Assembly: GCA_023205875.1 (NCBI GenBank)
Contig: CP060757.1
Span: forward strand, 1,364,001 to 1,428,000
Length of the DNA stretch: 64,000 bases
Direction of reading: 5' to 3'
Origin: Chloropicon primus
Lineage: Eukaryota
Shown: piece after piece, positions 1-11,901 of the stretch
Numbering within the stretch: position 1 is the stretch's first letter
Layout of the letters: every line of letters starts with the position of its first letter
Program-made: the position numbers and the translations under genes
The notes under the pieces: model-generated
What the model was told of the DNA's origin: nothing
The model's input: the letters and a program-made list of their open reading frames with translations, nothing else
Database searches by the model: none

Positions 1-351
1 GTCGTCCGCGGCGGCCTTGTGATCGCCCGTTATTTTTCAGCTGAAGGGAGAACGAGAGAAAGGAAGGAACTTCCAGGAGGACGTTTACTTTTATCGCCTT
101 CGACCTCGCAGACTTCGCCTTCTGCCTTTCCTTTGTTCAGTTTCGGCGTTGCCTTGGGCGATGCTTCGTCCAGGCCAAGCATGACCCCCTCGGGTTTTGC
201 ACGAGCAATCGTATCAGATCGCGGCGGCGAACCTATCAGCATCATACGGTCTTGGCGATCACTGTAAGGAAGGGTTGGGCGGCGTGCGCGTAAGTCGTCT
301 CTTCTTCTTTGGGGTGGGGTGCAGTTTGGATGTTTGGAGTGCGCCGGTGAG

Positions 352-792
352 ATGAGTCGCATCTTCGTGCCAAGCAAGAAGGTTGGATTGGGGGCTGGGC
401 TGCCCCCGGACATGGACAATGCCGGCTACCGAAGAGCTAGGAGCAAGGAAAGTCTGTTGCAGATCGCCCAGTATGTGAACAGGCAGGAGTGGCTGGAGCT
501 TGCGAATGGCGCCAACGCTGCCCAAAAAAAGCACGCGGCGACCTCAAACGGACTTGTGATGGGGCTCTTTTGGGGTACGATTGGCGTCTGCTTCTGCCCG
601 CTCATGTGCTACGGATGTTTCGTGGATGTGGAGGGCAAGATGAACGCGGACATCGAGAAGCTGCCCGTCACGCAAAGGCTCAAGGAGCGTGGGATCACGT
701 TGCACTTTGTCCCCAAGTCTGGAAAATTCGACATGGGCGGCATGAGCTTCACAATCTCGCCGAGGACGCCATCTCCGCCCCCACCGGTGTAG
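352..792 (+). CDS. Small cysteine-rich hydrophobic-domain protein (Erf4/GOLGA7/CHIC-like), tentative
   Basis: ATG at 352 lies in ORF 319..792, after a probable 5'UTR intron ending in gtgcag at 324. It has the hydrophobic Cys-rich core GLFWGTIGVCFCPLMCYGCF flanked by QEWLELANGAN and LKERGITLHF, an arrangement like the Erf4/CHIC family. Confidence 0.4.
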   Translation: MSRIFVPSKKVGLGAGLPPDMDNAGYRRARSKESLLQIAQYVNRQEWLELANGANAAQKKHAATSNGLVMGLFWGTIGVCFCPLMCYGCFVDVEGKMNADIEKLPVTQRLKERGITLHFVPKSGKFDMGGMSFTISPRTPSPPPPV

Positions 793-1062
793 TTGTTGAT
801 GGGGTTGTATACCAACGCGGGAATGGTACGTTGTCTAATTCTTGGTCATTTGGGCAAGAAAGATCACTACCCAGCTCTCTCTGTCTTCTAGGTCTTCAAA
901 GTCTCACGTTCACTTGGACTTGTCGTCTCGTGCCCTTCACGATCAGCGCTGGAATTCTCTCCAACGCCGGCACGACGACTACAACGACGACTACGACTAC
1001 GAATGATATTGTATTTACAAAAAATATTGAACCGCAACCGACCTCTGTTCCCTGTGTTGCCC

Positions 1063-1834
1063 TCAAGGTATCCTATCAAAGGGTGCCGTGTCCGCAAAGC
1101 ACCTGTCGAAGCAGTCGTCCACGGCCTTCTGCTGCTCCTCGCAGTCGCCGCAAGCGGGGTTCATCGCAATCGACAGCTTCGCCCTCCTCTTGACGCATTC
1201 CTGGTGCTGCTTCTTGAGCCCAAAGTTCCCCCTCAGCGTCTCAAACAACCAGCTGCAGTCCCCACTCAATGACGCCGCTCTGATCTCGCTGCACGTGTGG
1301 TGCTGGCAGTCGTTCCAGTCCAAGTTCTTCCCCCTGCAGTGGTCGTACGCATGGATCAGCTCGTGAGCCAGGAGGTTGTCCACCTGGGAGACAAAGGACG
1401 AAGGAGTTGGGTCAGCGCACAAAGCATTGGAACGAAGTGGCCCCTCCCTTCCTCCCTCGCGAGGGACAGAACAGAACAGAACGGAACGGGAACGGGAAGA
1501 ACAGGGGCGTCGCGCCTCGGCCCCAGCAGCGCAGCGTGCCCTCCGCGAGACCCCCCGCGCCTCGCCTTCGATTCCTTACCTCCTCCTGCGTCTGCACGTG
1601 GTTCTGGCAGACGACCACCCCCGACTTGGGCCTGAACCCTCCCGCAATGGAAGCGTCGCAGTGCTCCACCGTGAAGAACTTGTCCACATTCACTGCGCAC
1701 CCGAACTCTTCCATCTTGTCCAGTATGAAACGGGTCTTGGGGTCGCGTCGCAGCGTTCGGTCCACGTACCCCTCCACCCGCGCCTTCGCCTCCGCATCGC
1801 CCACCACCGGGGCTTGGCCCTCCCCCTCCTCCAT
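1063..1834 (-). CDS. ATP23: Mitochondrial inner membrane metalloprotease ATP23 (peptidase M76), 2 exons
   Basis: Intron 1384..1579 (GTAAGG...CCCAG) joins ...VVVCQNHVQTQEE to VDNLLAHELIHAYDHCR (HExxH). CSEIRAASLSGDC is typical of ATP23. Confidence 0.93.
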
Positions 1835-1928
1835 CGCGCAAGGGGGCCTCGATCTCGATCTGGCGAGAGACGAGGGAGAGGGAGGGGAGGAGAGGGGAAC
1901 AGAATATATAGAATATAGAACACAGACA

Positions 1929-3047
1929 TTACGAGTCTTCGAAGCGGAGAGCCCAGCAGTCTCCCAGCCTCTGGGGATCCTTGTCGTCCCCCGTGAGGCC
2001 TCCGTAAAAGACGGCCATCGAGTCCTTCACGAGGGCTCCGGAAGACCAGCCGCGAGGAGCTGGAGAGCCCGAGCTTGGGGACGCGCCCACTTGGAGTTCC
2101 GCCACAGAGCCGGAGCCGGAGCCGGAGAAGAGAAAGACCCGATTCTCGAAGTTGCCTGCCCCATCGTGCCCCTTGTCCGATGGCTTGGTCTCTCCTCCGA
2201 AAACGATGACATCCGAGTTCCGGGTCACGCTGCTGCAGACGGACCGCTCGACCATGAAGTCCCCTGGCTTCTCGTGCACGGTCCACTCCCCCTTCCCAAC
2301 GTCGTACGTGAGACAATCTTTCGACTCCTTCCCTTCGAACCCGGAGAAGAGGAAGATTTTGCCAGAGGCCGCGATGGCCTCGAGAGTGGCCCCGCCCCGG
2401 CCCGCGACCGGTGGGTCGTTCAGTCGTCTCCACGCCCCGGCGGCTGGTGAGAAGGCATGGAAGTCCGCGAGGCGTCCCTCTTCCCCACACCCACCGAAAA
2501 GATAGAGGTCTCCGTCCAACGCTGTCATTACGTGGTACGACCTGGGCTCAGGAATGTCTCCAGAAGCGCACTGCACCTCCTGCCACGACGCCTTCAGCGT
2601 GTCGTACTTCCACAGGTCGCTCAGCGCCTTCTCGCCGATGTCGACGCCTTGCCTCCCGCCGTGAACGTAAATGTCCGTGCCGAGGACGGCTTGAGCGTGC
2701 GCGTTCCGACTGGGCGGCGAATCCTGGCCGGCGGTCTCGGCCACCCTCCACTCCAACTTGCTCGCTCCGGCGTCGAAGCTGAACATGCTCATGGGCAGGG
2801 GCACGCGCGCCTCCTTCTCCCCTCCCAGGACGTACACCCTCCCCCCCACCGCGCTGACGCAGTGCGAGGACCTCTCCCCTGGCCCTTCCCCCTCCACCTC
2901 CAGTTTGTCCCACCTCGCCCTCATCCAGGCCAACCCCCTCCACCCTTGTCCCCTCTCCCTCCTCCCCCCCGGTCGTCCCCGTCCCAGCCCCCGTCCCAGC
3001 CCCAGTCCCTCCACGAGGGCCCGCCACTTTGTCGTCGTCGTTCTCAT
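1929..3047 (-). CDS. Kelch-repeat beta-propeller protein (nitrile-specifier-protein/NSP5-like)
   Basis: Repeated GG-containing Kelch motifs: VYVLGGE, IYVHGGR, LYLFGGC, VIVFGGE, AVFYGG. ATG at 3047 (MRTTTTKW). Confidence 0.8.
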   Translation of the reverse strand: MRTTTTKWRALVEGLGLGRGLGRGRPGGRRERGQGWRGLAWMRARWDKLEVEGEGPGERSSHCVSAVGGRVYVLGGEKEARVPLPMSMFSFDAGASKLEWRVAETAGQDSPPSRNAHAQAVLGTDIYVHGGRQGVDIGEKALSDLWKYDTLKASWQEVQCASGDIPEPRSYHVMTALDGDLYLFGGCGEEGRLADFHAFSPAAGAWRRLNDPPVAGRGGATLEAIAASGKIFLFSGFEGKESKDCLTYDVGKGEWTVHEKPGDFMVERSVCSSVTRNSDVIVFGGETKPSDKGHDGAGNFENRVFLFSGSGSGSVAELQVGASPSSGSPAPRGWSSGALVKDSMAVFYGGLTGDDKDPQRLGDCWALRFEDS

Positions 3048-3211
3048 CCTCCTCGCGCGTCCTCTGGAAAGAACAAGAGACCGGTCGCCCTCGCTGGGCA
3101 AAAACTTGGGCTGACGACGGAAGCGTTTAAAGGAGGGACAGAAGCAGAACGGCGACGGGAGGAGGAGGAGGAGGGACAGAAGGGACAGGGAGGAGAGAGG
3201 AGGGAGAGGGG

Positions 3212-6200
3212 ATGGGGATGATATTGGAGGAGACAAGCTCGTCCTCGTCCTCGGAGGAGGAGGAGGAGGCCGTGGGGAGCGAGGAGGAACGGGAGGAACG
3301 GGAGGAACGAGGACGGCTGAAGAGGAGACTCAAGAAGAAGGGCTCGCCGGAGGGCGAGGGGAAGGCGAGCGGGGACCAAGATCCGAGCGAAGTCATGCTC
3401 GTGGGGGCGGGCTTGCGGCCGCACCTGACGACGAAGGAGAGGCGACTCTTCGGCAAGGAGGATCGGGGGTACAAGGCGATCCGGGGCAAGGTGCTGCACC
3501 TGTGGGAGGGGCGCAAGAAGGAGTGGCTCGGGCTTCACGAGTGCCTGAAGGAGGTCCGGGCCAGCACCAGCGAGGAGAGGGATCTCACGGCCCGGTGCTA
3601 CAATTTCCTTTGCCTAGAGGGCTGCATCAACGTCGGATGCTTTGGAAACGAGCCTGACCACGTGAAGGACCAGGCGGGAGTTTTGAGGACCTCCGAGACG
3701 CTCCAGCGGTGGATCAAAGCGAAAACCTTTGATTTCATTCTCCAGAACGTGGGCAACATGGAGGTCATCACCCTGAAGACGGTGAGGGACCATCTGGAGA
3801 AGTGCCACGGCGGGAACGAGACGGAGGCGCGGTCGAACCTCTTCGCCATTCTCAAGCCTTACGTGAAGGAGCAGGTCAAGGCGTGTCTCAGCTTCATTTC
3901 TCAGGGCAAGACGGAGGAGGCCGATAGAATCGAGTTCCTGAGGCAATACATGGCGGTCGGGAGGGGAGAGGACGACAGCGTGGTTGCGGACACCGGCATT
4001 GGTTTGGGAAAGTCCGTCGTGGTCGTTGGTGCTGGGCCGGCGGGCCTTAGCGCGGCCAAGCACTTGCAGAGGCACGGCTGCTGCGTGACGGTGTTGGAAG
4101 GCAGGGAGAGGGTGGGTGGAAGGGTGCTGACGGACAGGGAAACTTTCAGCCGCCCCATTGACCTGGGCGCCTCTATCATCACGGGCATCGCGGCTGACGT
4201 GAACAAAGGGAGAAGGTTCGACCCCTCCAGCACCATCTTCCAGCAACTGGGTCTGAAAACGAAAGAGCTCGAGGGGGAGTGCCCAATCTTTGATGCGGTG
4301 AAGAGGGCAAAGATCAGCAAAGAGATGGATCGGAAGATTGCTGGGGTCTTCGATGGCATCCTCGATATGTGCACGAACAAGGCTCTGGCATTCAAAGCGG
4401 CCAGCGGTGGCAAAGGTGTGGGGAAAGAGAATTTTGGGGATACTGTGAAAGAGCTCTTTGAGAGTGAACGAGCACTGCAAGAGGGGGATGGAGAGAAGGT
4501 GGAGGACAAGCAGGGGGCGGCCGATGAAGGCGGGGAGGAGGTGGTGACGAGTCTGAGACAACTCACGGAGGAAGACCTTCGGGTTCTGAGGTGGCACTAT
4601 GCGCATACCGAGTATGGGTGCAGCGCTCGACTGAATGAGATAAGCTTGGAGCACTGGAATCAAGACGAAAGCGAAGATGGCGCGGGGTTCGGAGGCCCCC
4701 ACGTCATGGTTCCTGGTGGATATTCTAGGGCCATGGAGTCGCTCTCAGATGGTCTGCATGTCAGGACAAAGGCTTGTGTGAAGGGAATCAAATACGGTGA
4801 TGGAAAGGTACGGGATCGTGTCTGTGGACTCAAGACCATTCTCCTCAGCACGACTGACGAATTTGCTGACACATTATTTTCTTGCCTCGCTTTCTGTGGG
4901 CCCTCTAGGTCGAAGTCACTTGTAGCAATCCTGATGATGAAGGCGACGAATGCATCGTTGCCGACTCTGTCGTAGTCACCGTGCCGCTGGGGTGCTTGAA
5001 GAGGAAGAAGATAGAGTTTGACCCTCCTCTCCCAGACTGGAAGCAGGAGTGCATAGACAGGCTTGGTTACGGCAACTTGAACAAAGTAGTCCTCGAGTTC
5101 AAGGAAGAGGACGACGGTAACGTTTTCTGGGAACAGGGCTCCAACTCGGTCGGAGATGTCATGATGTTCGGCATGACCAGCGAAAGTGAATCCACCTGCG
5201 GCCGGTTCTTCATGTTCTGGAACATGAAGAAAGTGTGCGGCTCTCCCATACTAATCGGCCTTCTCGCAGGCGAGGCCGCGTATGAAGCGGAGCAAGAGGA
5301 CAACAAGCTGGTCCCACAAGCCATGGGCGTGCTGCGAAACCTGTTTCATGACGTGACGGTGCCCGAGCCAGTGTCTTGCAGAGTGACTTCCTGGCTTTCT
5401 GACGAGTTTTCGCACGGCTCGTATTCCTTTGTGGCTGCGGGAGCCTCGGGGGATGACTATGACACGCTCGCGCTTCCTGTGAGCTCTCTGGTACATTTTG
5501 CTGGGGAGCATACATGGCGAAAGAATCCGGACACTGTGGGGGGAGCGATGCTGTCGGGCATAAGGGAGGCCCAGAGCATTCTCAGAATGTTCAGTCGGGA
5601 TGTCGCGACCGTCGTGGATGACATGATGTTCACGCTCGATGCAAGTAAAGATCTTGAGGAAGGGGAGGAAGAGGAGGGCGATGGGTGGGAGGAGGAAGAG
5701 GAGGATATCCCCAAGGTGGAGAATCCCAAGTTCAAAGGAGAGAAGAAGGCGAAGAAGCAGAAGCCTAGGCAACAGAAAATTGTTGGCACAGTGCCCTACT
5801 TGAGCAACGCCGACCATGCTCAAGCCAAGGAAGAGATACGAAATGTTTACACCTACTTTGAGATGAGGAAGGGGTCGGAGGACTTTGCCGAGTTGATGGG
5901 GTCCCTCAAATCTCTGGATGGCAAAAGGGCCTTCGTGAAGCAGTGCATTGCCAGGGGGGATAAGACAAACTATTTGGGCGCACTCAAGGAGAAGCACTTG
6001 GGCTTGCTGAACTCGTGGATTTTGGAATTTGCGGATGCCCCTCTCTGCACAGACTTCATTTGCGACTGCATTAGGCTGCTGAACAAGCTGAATCTGGAGA
6101 TTAAGGATATGAAAGAGACCAAGCTCGGGAAAACGATGAGGAACCTGGCCCAGCACCAACCAGTGAAGGTGAAAAAGCTGGTGACTTACCTTCTCAAACA

Positions 6201-6768
6201 GGTCAGTGCAGTCCCTGCAAAGGCGGACAAAGAGAAAGAGAGGAGCGCGAGTGGGGATGCCAGCGAGACGAAAGAGGCCAAGGCGCCAAAAATCGACGAG
6301 GAGGAAGTCAAAAAGCTTGAGCAGATGCGGGAGGAGATCAAGAGGAGGAAGGAGGAAGCGAGAAGGAGGCACGAGGAAGCCTCAAAGAAGTTCCAGGAGG
6401 CTGCGAGAATGATCGGCGTCATGGACGCAGCCGAGCCACCGTCTCCGCGGCGTGAAAAGCGAAAGCATAGGCATTCCTCCTCAGAAAAGTCCAAGAAGGC
6501 TCGCGGTGATGAAAGCGGTGGGGAGAAGCGGGTGGACAAGAAGCTTGCTGGCGAGCACCGAAAGCAGTGCGTGTCTTACATCAAGAATTTGCTCAAAGAA
6601 AGCCTTAAGGAGGGGAAGATAGACAAGGAGCAATTCAAGGCCATCGTGGCCAAGGTCTGGGGGAAGCTGGAGCACCACCCAAGCTTGGGAAAGGATGAGG
6701 AATTCCTGACGAACGACAGGAAGGGGAAAATTGTAAAGCTTATTAAGCAATACGTCGCGAAGTCCTAA
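3212..6768 (+). CDS. LSD1-like lysine-specific histone demethylase (LDL3-type): SWIRM + flavin amine oxidase + TFIIS-N-like + C-terminal SRI-like region
   Basis: Intron 4808..4908 (GTACGG...CTCTAG) joins the two ORFs in frame (GK|VEVTCS...[11 protein letters not shown]). SWIRM-like [12 protein letters not shown]...[17 protein letters not shown] motif [16 protein letters not shown], and FAGEHT...[11 protein letters not shown]. Confidence 0.9.
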
Positions 6769-6799
6769 AAGCTTAGGGTGCTGTATTATTTACTTGAGA

Positions 6800-8476
6800 T
6801 TAGGTTTTAGTGCAATTGAAGCCCGAGAGTATCATGCGTTGAGGCGAGCACTCGCAAGTGTTCCAAACCTCCTGGCAGTGACAGCTGAACGGTGCACCAA
6901 AGGTTGACCAGTTGGAAATGAGGGCCTTCACCGTGCCCATGGTGCTGACCACGATGATGACCACGCCCAGCGCCAGGAGGGACACGTACAGAAGCCACTC
7001 CCACGCCTTCAAAGGCTTCTCCACCATGAAGCGCATCTTCATGTAGATCAAGACCGGGAAACATAAGCACAAAATCGGCAGGAAGAGCCCCCCGATCAAG
7101 GACGTCAGCAGGTCGAAGAACGGTATCAGATTCGAAATGACGTAACTCAAGACCACCACGCTGCACGTGCAACCCAGCCACTCCAATCGACCACGCCAAC
7201 CCAAATCGTTCACGTACGAACTCATGGACACGTGCAGGATCCTGGAGAGGACATTGCCGAGGATCACAAATCCAACGACCATGTGGAAGCAAAGCAGAGC
7301 ACTGGCCAATCTGTACTCCCAACCGAACCCGAGGTTGTCAAGGAAGTATCCTGAGGCCTCGACACCTCTGTAGTAGTATCCCACGCATCCCACGATCTTG
7401 GACGATCAATACAAGGACGACAGAAACAGCGATTGTGAGTGAGGACAGAGAAGACGCGCAACAGGTTTTTTTGGAGAAAACCGGCTACCTACCAAATAGA
7501 CCGTTACTTGAAAGGGGCCGGCGATGATAAAGGTTTTCGTGAACTCGGTGAAATCCTTCATTTCACTCATGAGCTCGTAGAACATGAACTGGCCAGAGAA
7601 CGTGAAGTAGATCGCGCTGAAGGACTGAAAAAACTGCAGAAAGGTCAGATCCTCTGCGATCACTGGGCTCTGGATGCCCTTGGGGCGCCCTTGGACGATG
7701 AGGGCGATCAGCACAATAACGACTGAGACAGCGATTGTGAGGACAGAGAAGACGCACAACAGGGTTGTGGAGTGCAGGGTCCTCAGCGTGCCGAGTATCG
7801 GGGCAACGACCGCGGCAGAGATTGCCGTCCACGCAGGGGAACACAGGTGGAAGTTGTACAGCGTACTTCCCAGACTCTTGCCGATGAGGAGCAGGTAGTC
7901 ACCCAAGACGAATGTCAGGTTGATGATCAAAAGGACGTGGGCGATCCAAGAGCACGTCCTCCCGAAAGTGTAGTCAGCCGCATCAGAGATCGCGACGATG
8001 CCAGGAAAAACTTTCCTGACCTCGACCATGAGATGGCTCGTGCCGACGAGCAGGAAGAAGAGCAGCACAATGAGGAGAGACGCTATCACATAGCCCAGCT
8101 CCGCGTACTTTTGGCTCAGCGTCAGCACCCCAGCGCCAACCACTTCCGCGACCATCACGAAGGCGATGGCGACCCACGAAGCCTGCTGAGGCGGGGCGCC
8201 CTCTTGTTTGGACGTCCGCGATGTGAAGGACGCCGCCTGGATGCTCGCTGTCGTGCTCCTGTAGGACAAGGTATTATTTCCCGCCCTGATGGACTCCCGG
8301 ACGGAGTTGCTGCTCTCTCGAGAGACGAGGAGGAGCTTCCCGAACATGCCGCTCCTCTTTATTGACTCGAGCTCGCCCCCCTGAGTCACTTCTGTGTTCA
8401 TCACGCCCATGCTTGTCTCCAGGGTTCCACCCGCGCTTCCGATGCTGAGGGGCGGGGAGCCCAGGCCCTTGCTCAT
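6800..8476 (-). CDS. Amino acid/auxin permease (Aa_trans) family transporter, 2 exons
   Basis: About 11 hydrophobic segments, with AEVVGAGVLTL and FTFSGQFMFYELMSEMK. Intron 7397..7492 (GTAGGT...CCAAG) gives in-frame YL|IVGCVGYY. ATG at 8476. Confidence 0.88.
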
Positions 8477-8756
8477 CTTGCCGTCGCCTCCCTTCTCTCG
8501 AGCTCCCTCCTGGTCCGCCGACCGCCGCCCTCCGTCTGTCTGGGCCGTTACGATGCAGCGGAAGGGAGAAATCACCAGAAGAGAAAGAAGGAACAAAGAA
8601 AGGGGCTCAAGAGGGAGAGAGAGAGAGGAAGAGGGAGAGAGCGAAGAGAGGAAGAGGGAAGAGGGAGGACACAGCCACATCACAAAACATCGCATCGCAC
8701 AACATGACACAAGGACAACAGCAGCAACAACAATAATGGTCCAACGGCCAATAAAT

Positions 8757-10964
8757 TTACATCGGGGAGATCCTCAGCAGCAACACGAGTGGGTTGAACT
8801 TCGATCCAAAGGAGAAGCAGAGGAGGCCCCCGCCGACGAGAGCCAGAGCCTGCCCATTTCCGGCCTCATCGGCACTTGCAGGAAGCGGCAGGAGTTTCTG
8901 CCTCGCCCATATGTCGACGCCGTCTCGCTCAAATCGGACTTTGGTCCACTCAAGTGAGGTCAGATCAAAGGCAAAGGCGGAGTGGTCGTCCCCGGAGGTG
9001 AGCGTGACCCCGCCAACCACAACCAAGGTCGGAGGGTTCGACTTGACAAAGGAGGCGTGGGAGTATCTCGGGTCAGGGCCGGCGCGACTGAGGGCAGCGA
9101 CTTCCGCCTTCCACCTCCCTGCGCTGTCCCGCTGGAGCTCCAGGGAATACACAGAGTTGTACATGGACTTACTTCCGTCAAAACCACCGAAGAGCACCAA
9201 GCGGCAAGAGAAGTCCGGGCGGGTGGCATCCCCTCCGCCGCCGTTCCGTGAGACCAGGTCCACCGTATGCCCGAAAAGAGGATCGAGGTCTTCCCCCGTC
9301 CTCTCGACGCCATGCCAGCGACAGGAGCCACCCCGTTGCTCCAAGACGTGGAAATCGTTCAGGGCTTTCTCGCCATCCCAACCCCCCACCACCAAGTACG
9401 CCTCCTCCTCGCCGAGATTCGTCATGGTGTGGCGCCATCTGCTGCACGGAGCGACGCCTTCACAGCGCATTCGCTCGAACGAAGGCGCATCGGCGGCGCC
9501 ACATCTCACGCGGATGACGTCGTTGTACCCCTGTTGAGGGCCCGCTCTCCCCCCGAAAATGAAAAATCCTCCGGGTGCTGCAGAGATCGAGTGGTACATT
9601 CTCCGCAGCGCTTTCTGATCCTCTTTCTGCACATTGCTTGGGGGCTCCCTTCGGACATCCAACGCATCACCTCCATTGAGACGACGCACGTCTATCCTCA
9701 CCACGTCGTTCAGTCTCTGGTGCCCACCACCCAAGCCCTTGCCGAATCCCCCAAACAGGCAAAGGGCGCCGTCCGAGATGCAGGCATCCAGACCCCACCT
9801 GCCAGGAGCTCCATTCAACGATGCTTCCTCCGCCGCTGCCCCAACCACCTCGAGCCGGTAAGTTTGCCTGCTGATCGGGTAGCCGGGCCCTCGGAGCCTC
9901 CTTCGGGGCAAAACCGCTGCTGCCTCCTCCAGCTTTCCTGGGGCTGCGCTGCTTCTGCGACAGAGGGCCCAAGTGAAGGTGTAGTGGCAGCACATGGAAT
10001 GCCAGTCCTCGTACTCGTCAAAGAGCTCTTTGCGCTCCACGTCTTCGAACTTCTCGTCGTCCAGGTTCAAGTAGTACGTGTCGGCCATGGTCAGGGCGGT
10101 GCACTTGCTCCAGGAGTGCTCCGCATACCTCCGCTCAATCTCCGTGCACGATGGAAAGTCTTCGATGGCGAGCAATGGACAGCCCCTGTCTCCCAGAGTC
10201 TTCATCATGGTCACCCCGAAACCGTCGTGAGGGCCCAGGTAGTCGCAAACCAGCAAACCAGCATCCGCGAAGGTCCTGGGAATCCAGTCCAAGATGGCGT
10301 GCACACTCGTCGGTTTGATGTAGTTCAGGACGCACTCGGATACAAAGACTGTCGGCAGCCTCTCGTCCAGCGCACATTCCTGCAGCAGCGCATTCTCAAG
10401 CTCCCCCACCTGAGAAAGGTCCTGGCCCACCAGGAAGTACGTGCTCGCCGAGCCGCTCGAGGAGGCACCCTCCCCACCGCTGCACCCCCTGGTCTCGTCG
10501 TCCGTGGTGGCGCTGGTGCTTCCGACTACCGTCATAGCGTACCCCTTCTCGTCCAGGAGGTCCCTCAGGTGGTGGTGCCGGTCGACCGTAGCGGCCTTCC
10601 TCCCCACCAACGCTGGGTAGTCCACCTCGCAGTACTTGACGTCCAGACCATCCAGATCCCCGCTTCTCAGCAGCTGGAACAGCGTGGTATCGTAGCCACA
10701 GCCAAGGGAGACGACCTGGAGTCGCTCGTTTTCAGACGGCGGACACCCCTTCGACCGCTTCAGCTCCCTCGCGAGGCTCGCCAGCGCCGTCCTCAGTGCG
10801 TGGACCCTGCAAAAATACCCACGGTTCACCAAAGGCGTCCGCCTCGCGCGTCTTTCGACGAAGTACCTTATCGCCCAATCGTCGAAGTATCCCTGGTCGC
10901 ACGCCGAGCGCTTGCTCAGGTTCGCCTCGTCGTTCGTCCCCTGGACCTGGATACTCGAAGACAT
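8757..10964 (-). CDS. TYW4: tRNA wybutosine-synthesizing protein 4 / leucine carboxyl methyltransferase 2 (LCM domain + Kelch)
   Basis: VQGTNDEANLSKRS, PLVNRGYFCR, QVVSLGCGYDT, PTVFVSECVLNY, followed by C-terminal Kelch repeats ending GGGLLCFSFGS. Confidence 0.88.
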   Translation of the reverse strand: MSSSIQVQGTNDEANLSKRSACDQGYFDDWAIRYFVERRARRTPLVNRGYFCRVHALRTALASLARELKRSKGCPPSENERLQVVSLGCGYDTTLFQLLRSGDLDGLDVKYCEVDYPALVGRKAATVDRHHHLRDLLDEKGYAMTVVGSTSATTDDETRGCSGGEGASSSGSASTYFLVGQDLSQVGELENALLQECALDERLPTVFVSECVLNYIKPTSVHAILDWIPRTFADAGLLVCDYLGPHDGFGVTMMKTLGDRGCPLLAIEDFPSCTEIERRYAEHSWSKCTALTMADTYYLNLDDEKFEDVERKELFDEYEDWHSMCCHYTFTWALCRRSSAAPGKLEEAAAVLPRRRLRGPGYPISRQTYRLEVVGAAAEEASLNGAPGRWGLDACISDGALCLFGGFGKGLGGGHQRLNDVVRIDVRRLNGGDALDVRREPPSNVQKEDQKALRRMYHSISAAPGGFFIFGGRAGPQQGYNDVIRVRCGAADAPSFERMRCEGVAPCSRWRHTMTNLGEEEAYLVVGGWDGEKALNDFHVLEQRGGSCRWHGVERTGEDLDPLFGHTVDLVSRNGGGGDATRPDFSCRLVLFGGFDGSKSMYNSVYSLELQRDSAGRWKAEVAALSRAGPDPRYSHASFVKSNPPTLVVVGGVTLTSGDDHSAFAFDLTSLEWTKVRFERDGVDIWARQKLLPLPASADEAGNGQALALVGGGLLCFSFGSKFNPLVLLLRISPM

Positions 10965-11140
10965 CCCGGCGTTACGGACCGCCAAGGCTTGCCCTCGACC
11001 TGACAGCCACCTGCTGGTGCATTACACAAATTTTGGGTTTTAGTTCCTCGAGGATGGAAGGAAGGGGTCCAAGCAGCAGCAGCCAGTGCATATCGCTAAC
11101 CGAACAGCGAGACCCGGCTCGGCTCGGCTCCCGTGCGTCA

Positions 11141-11901
11141 TCATGGGTGCTCCGGCTCGTTCTGGTAAGAACCTCTCATTCTGCTGAAGTCCTCGGCCTC
11201 TGGGTTGTAGCTCTCCCTTGGGGACCTCGTGCCGAGGGCAGGAGGGCCGCTGCCATAGAGCTTGGCGCCGTAGTACTTGAGCACATCCTCGGGGTAGATT
11301 CCCTTCTCGTACGCAAGGCCGTACTTCCCGCAGGCTTTGGCGTACGAGAGGGGGGTCCAGTCCTTGGGGGACTTGGCGTCCAAGTCAGCTCCGTACTCGT
11401 GGAGGAGCTTGATCATCTCGACGCCCCCATCGATTCCCCAGAAGAGGGTGAGGTCTCCTCCACCGTTGACGTAATTGGGATCGGCGCCGGCCCTGAGCAA
11501 GGCCTTGGCGCACTCGAGCCTCCCCCTATGCGCCGCGCACATCAGAGGGGTGTAACCTAGGGGAGGGGTCCGAACGCAGAGAAGTTTGTCAGCGGGTCGG
11601 TTCGTTCGGTCGAATCGGTCGCGGGGCAGTGGGCGACAGACTCACCTTCTGGGCAGCTGTAAGCGCGTCCGAAGACGAAGTTGACGTCGGCGCCTTCCTC
11701 GACCTTCTTGTACACGAGCTTGATGTCGTTCTTGATGACGGCGTTGAGGAGCTCCTCGGTCTCCCTCGACGCCTTCACGACGTCGTCCCCCGTCGCGCTC
11801 GGGTCGTAGTCCGGGTGGTGGCTCCCCTTCCCGTTGTCCCACATCGCCTCGTACTTGGCCTCCAGCTCCGCCTGCCTCTTCATCATCACGTCCGCCGACA
11901 T
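11141..11901 (-). CDS. Ankyrin-repeat protein, 2 exons
   Basis: Intron 11557..11645 (GTGAG...CTAG) gives PEG|YTPLMCAAHRG. Ankyrin motifs LLRAGADPN, YGADLDAK, WTPLSYA. Confidence 0.88.
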
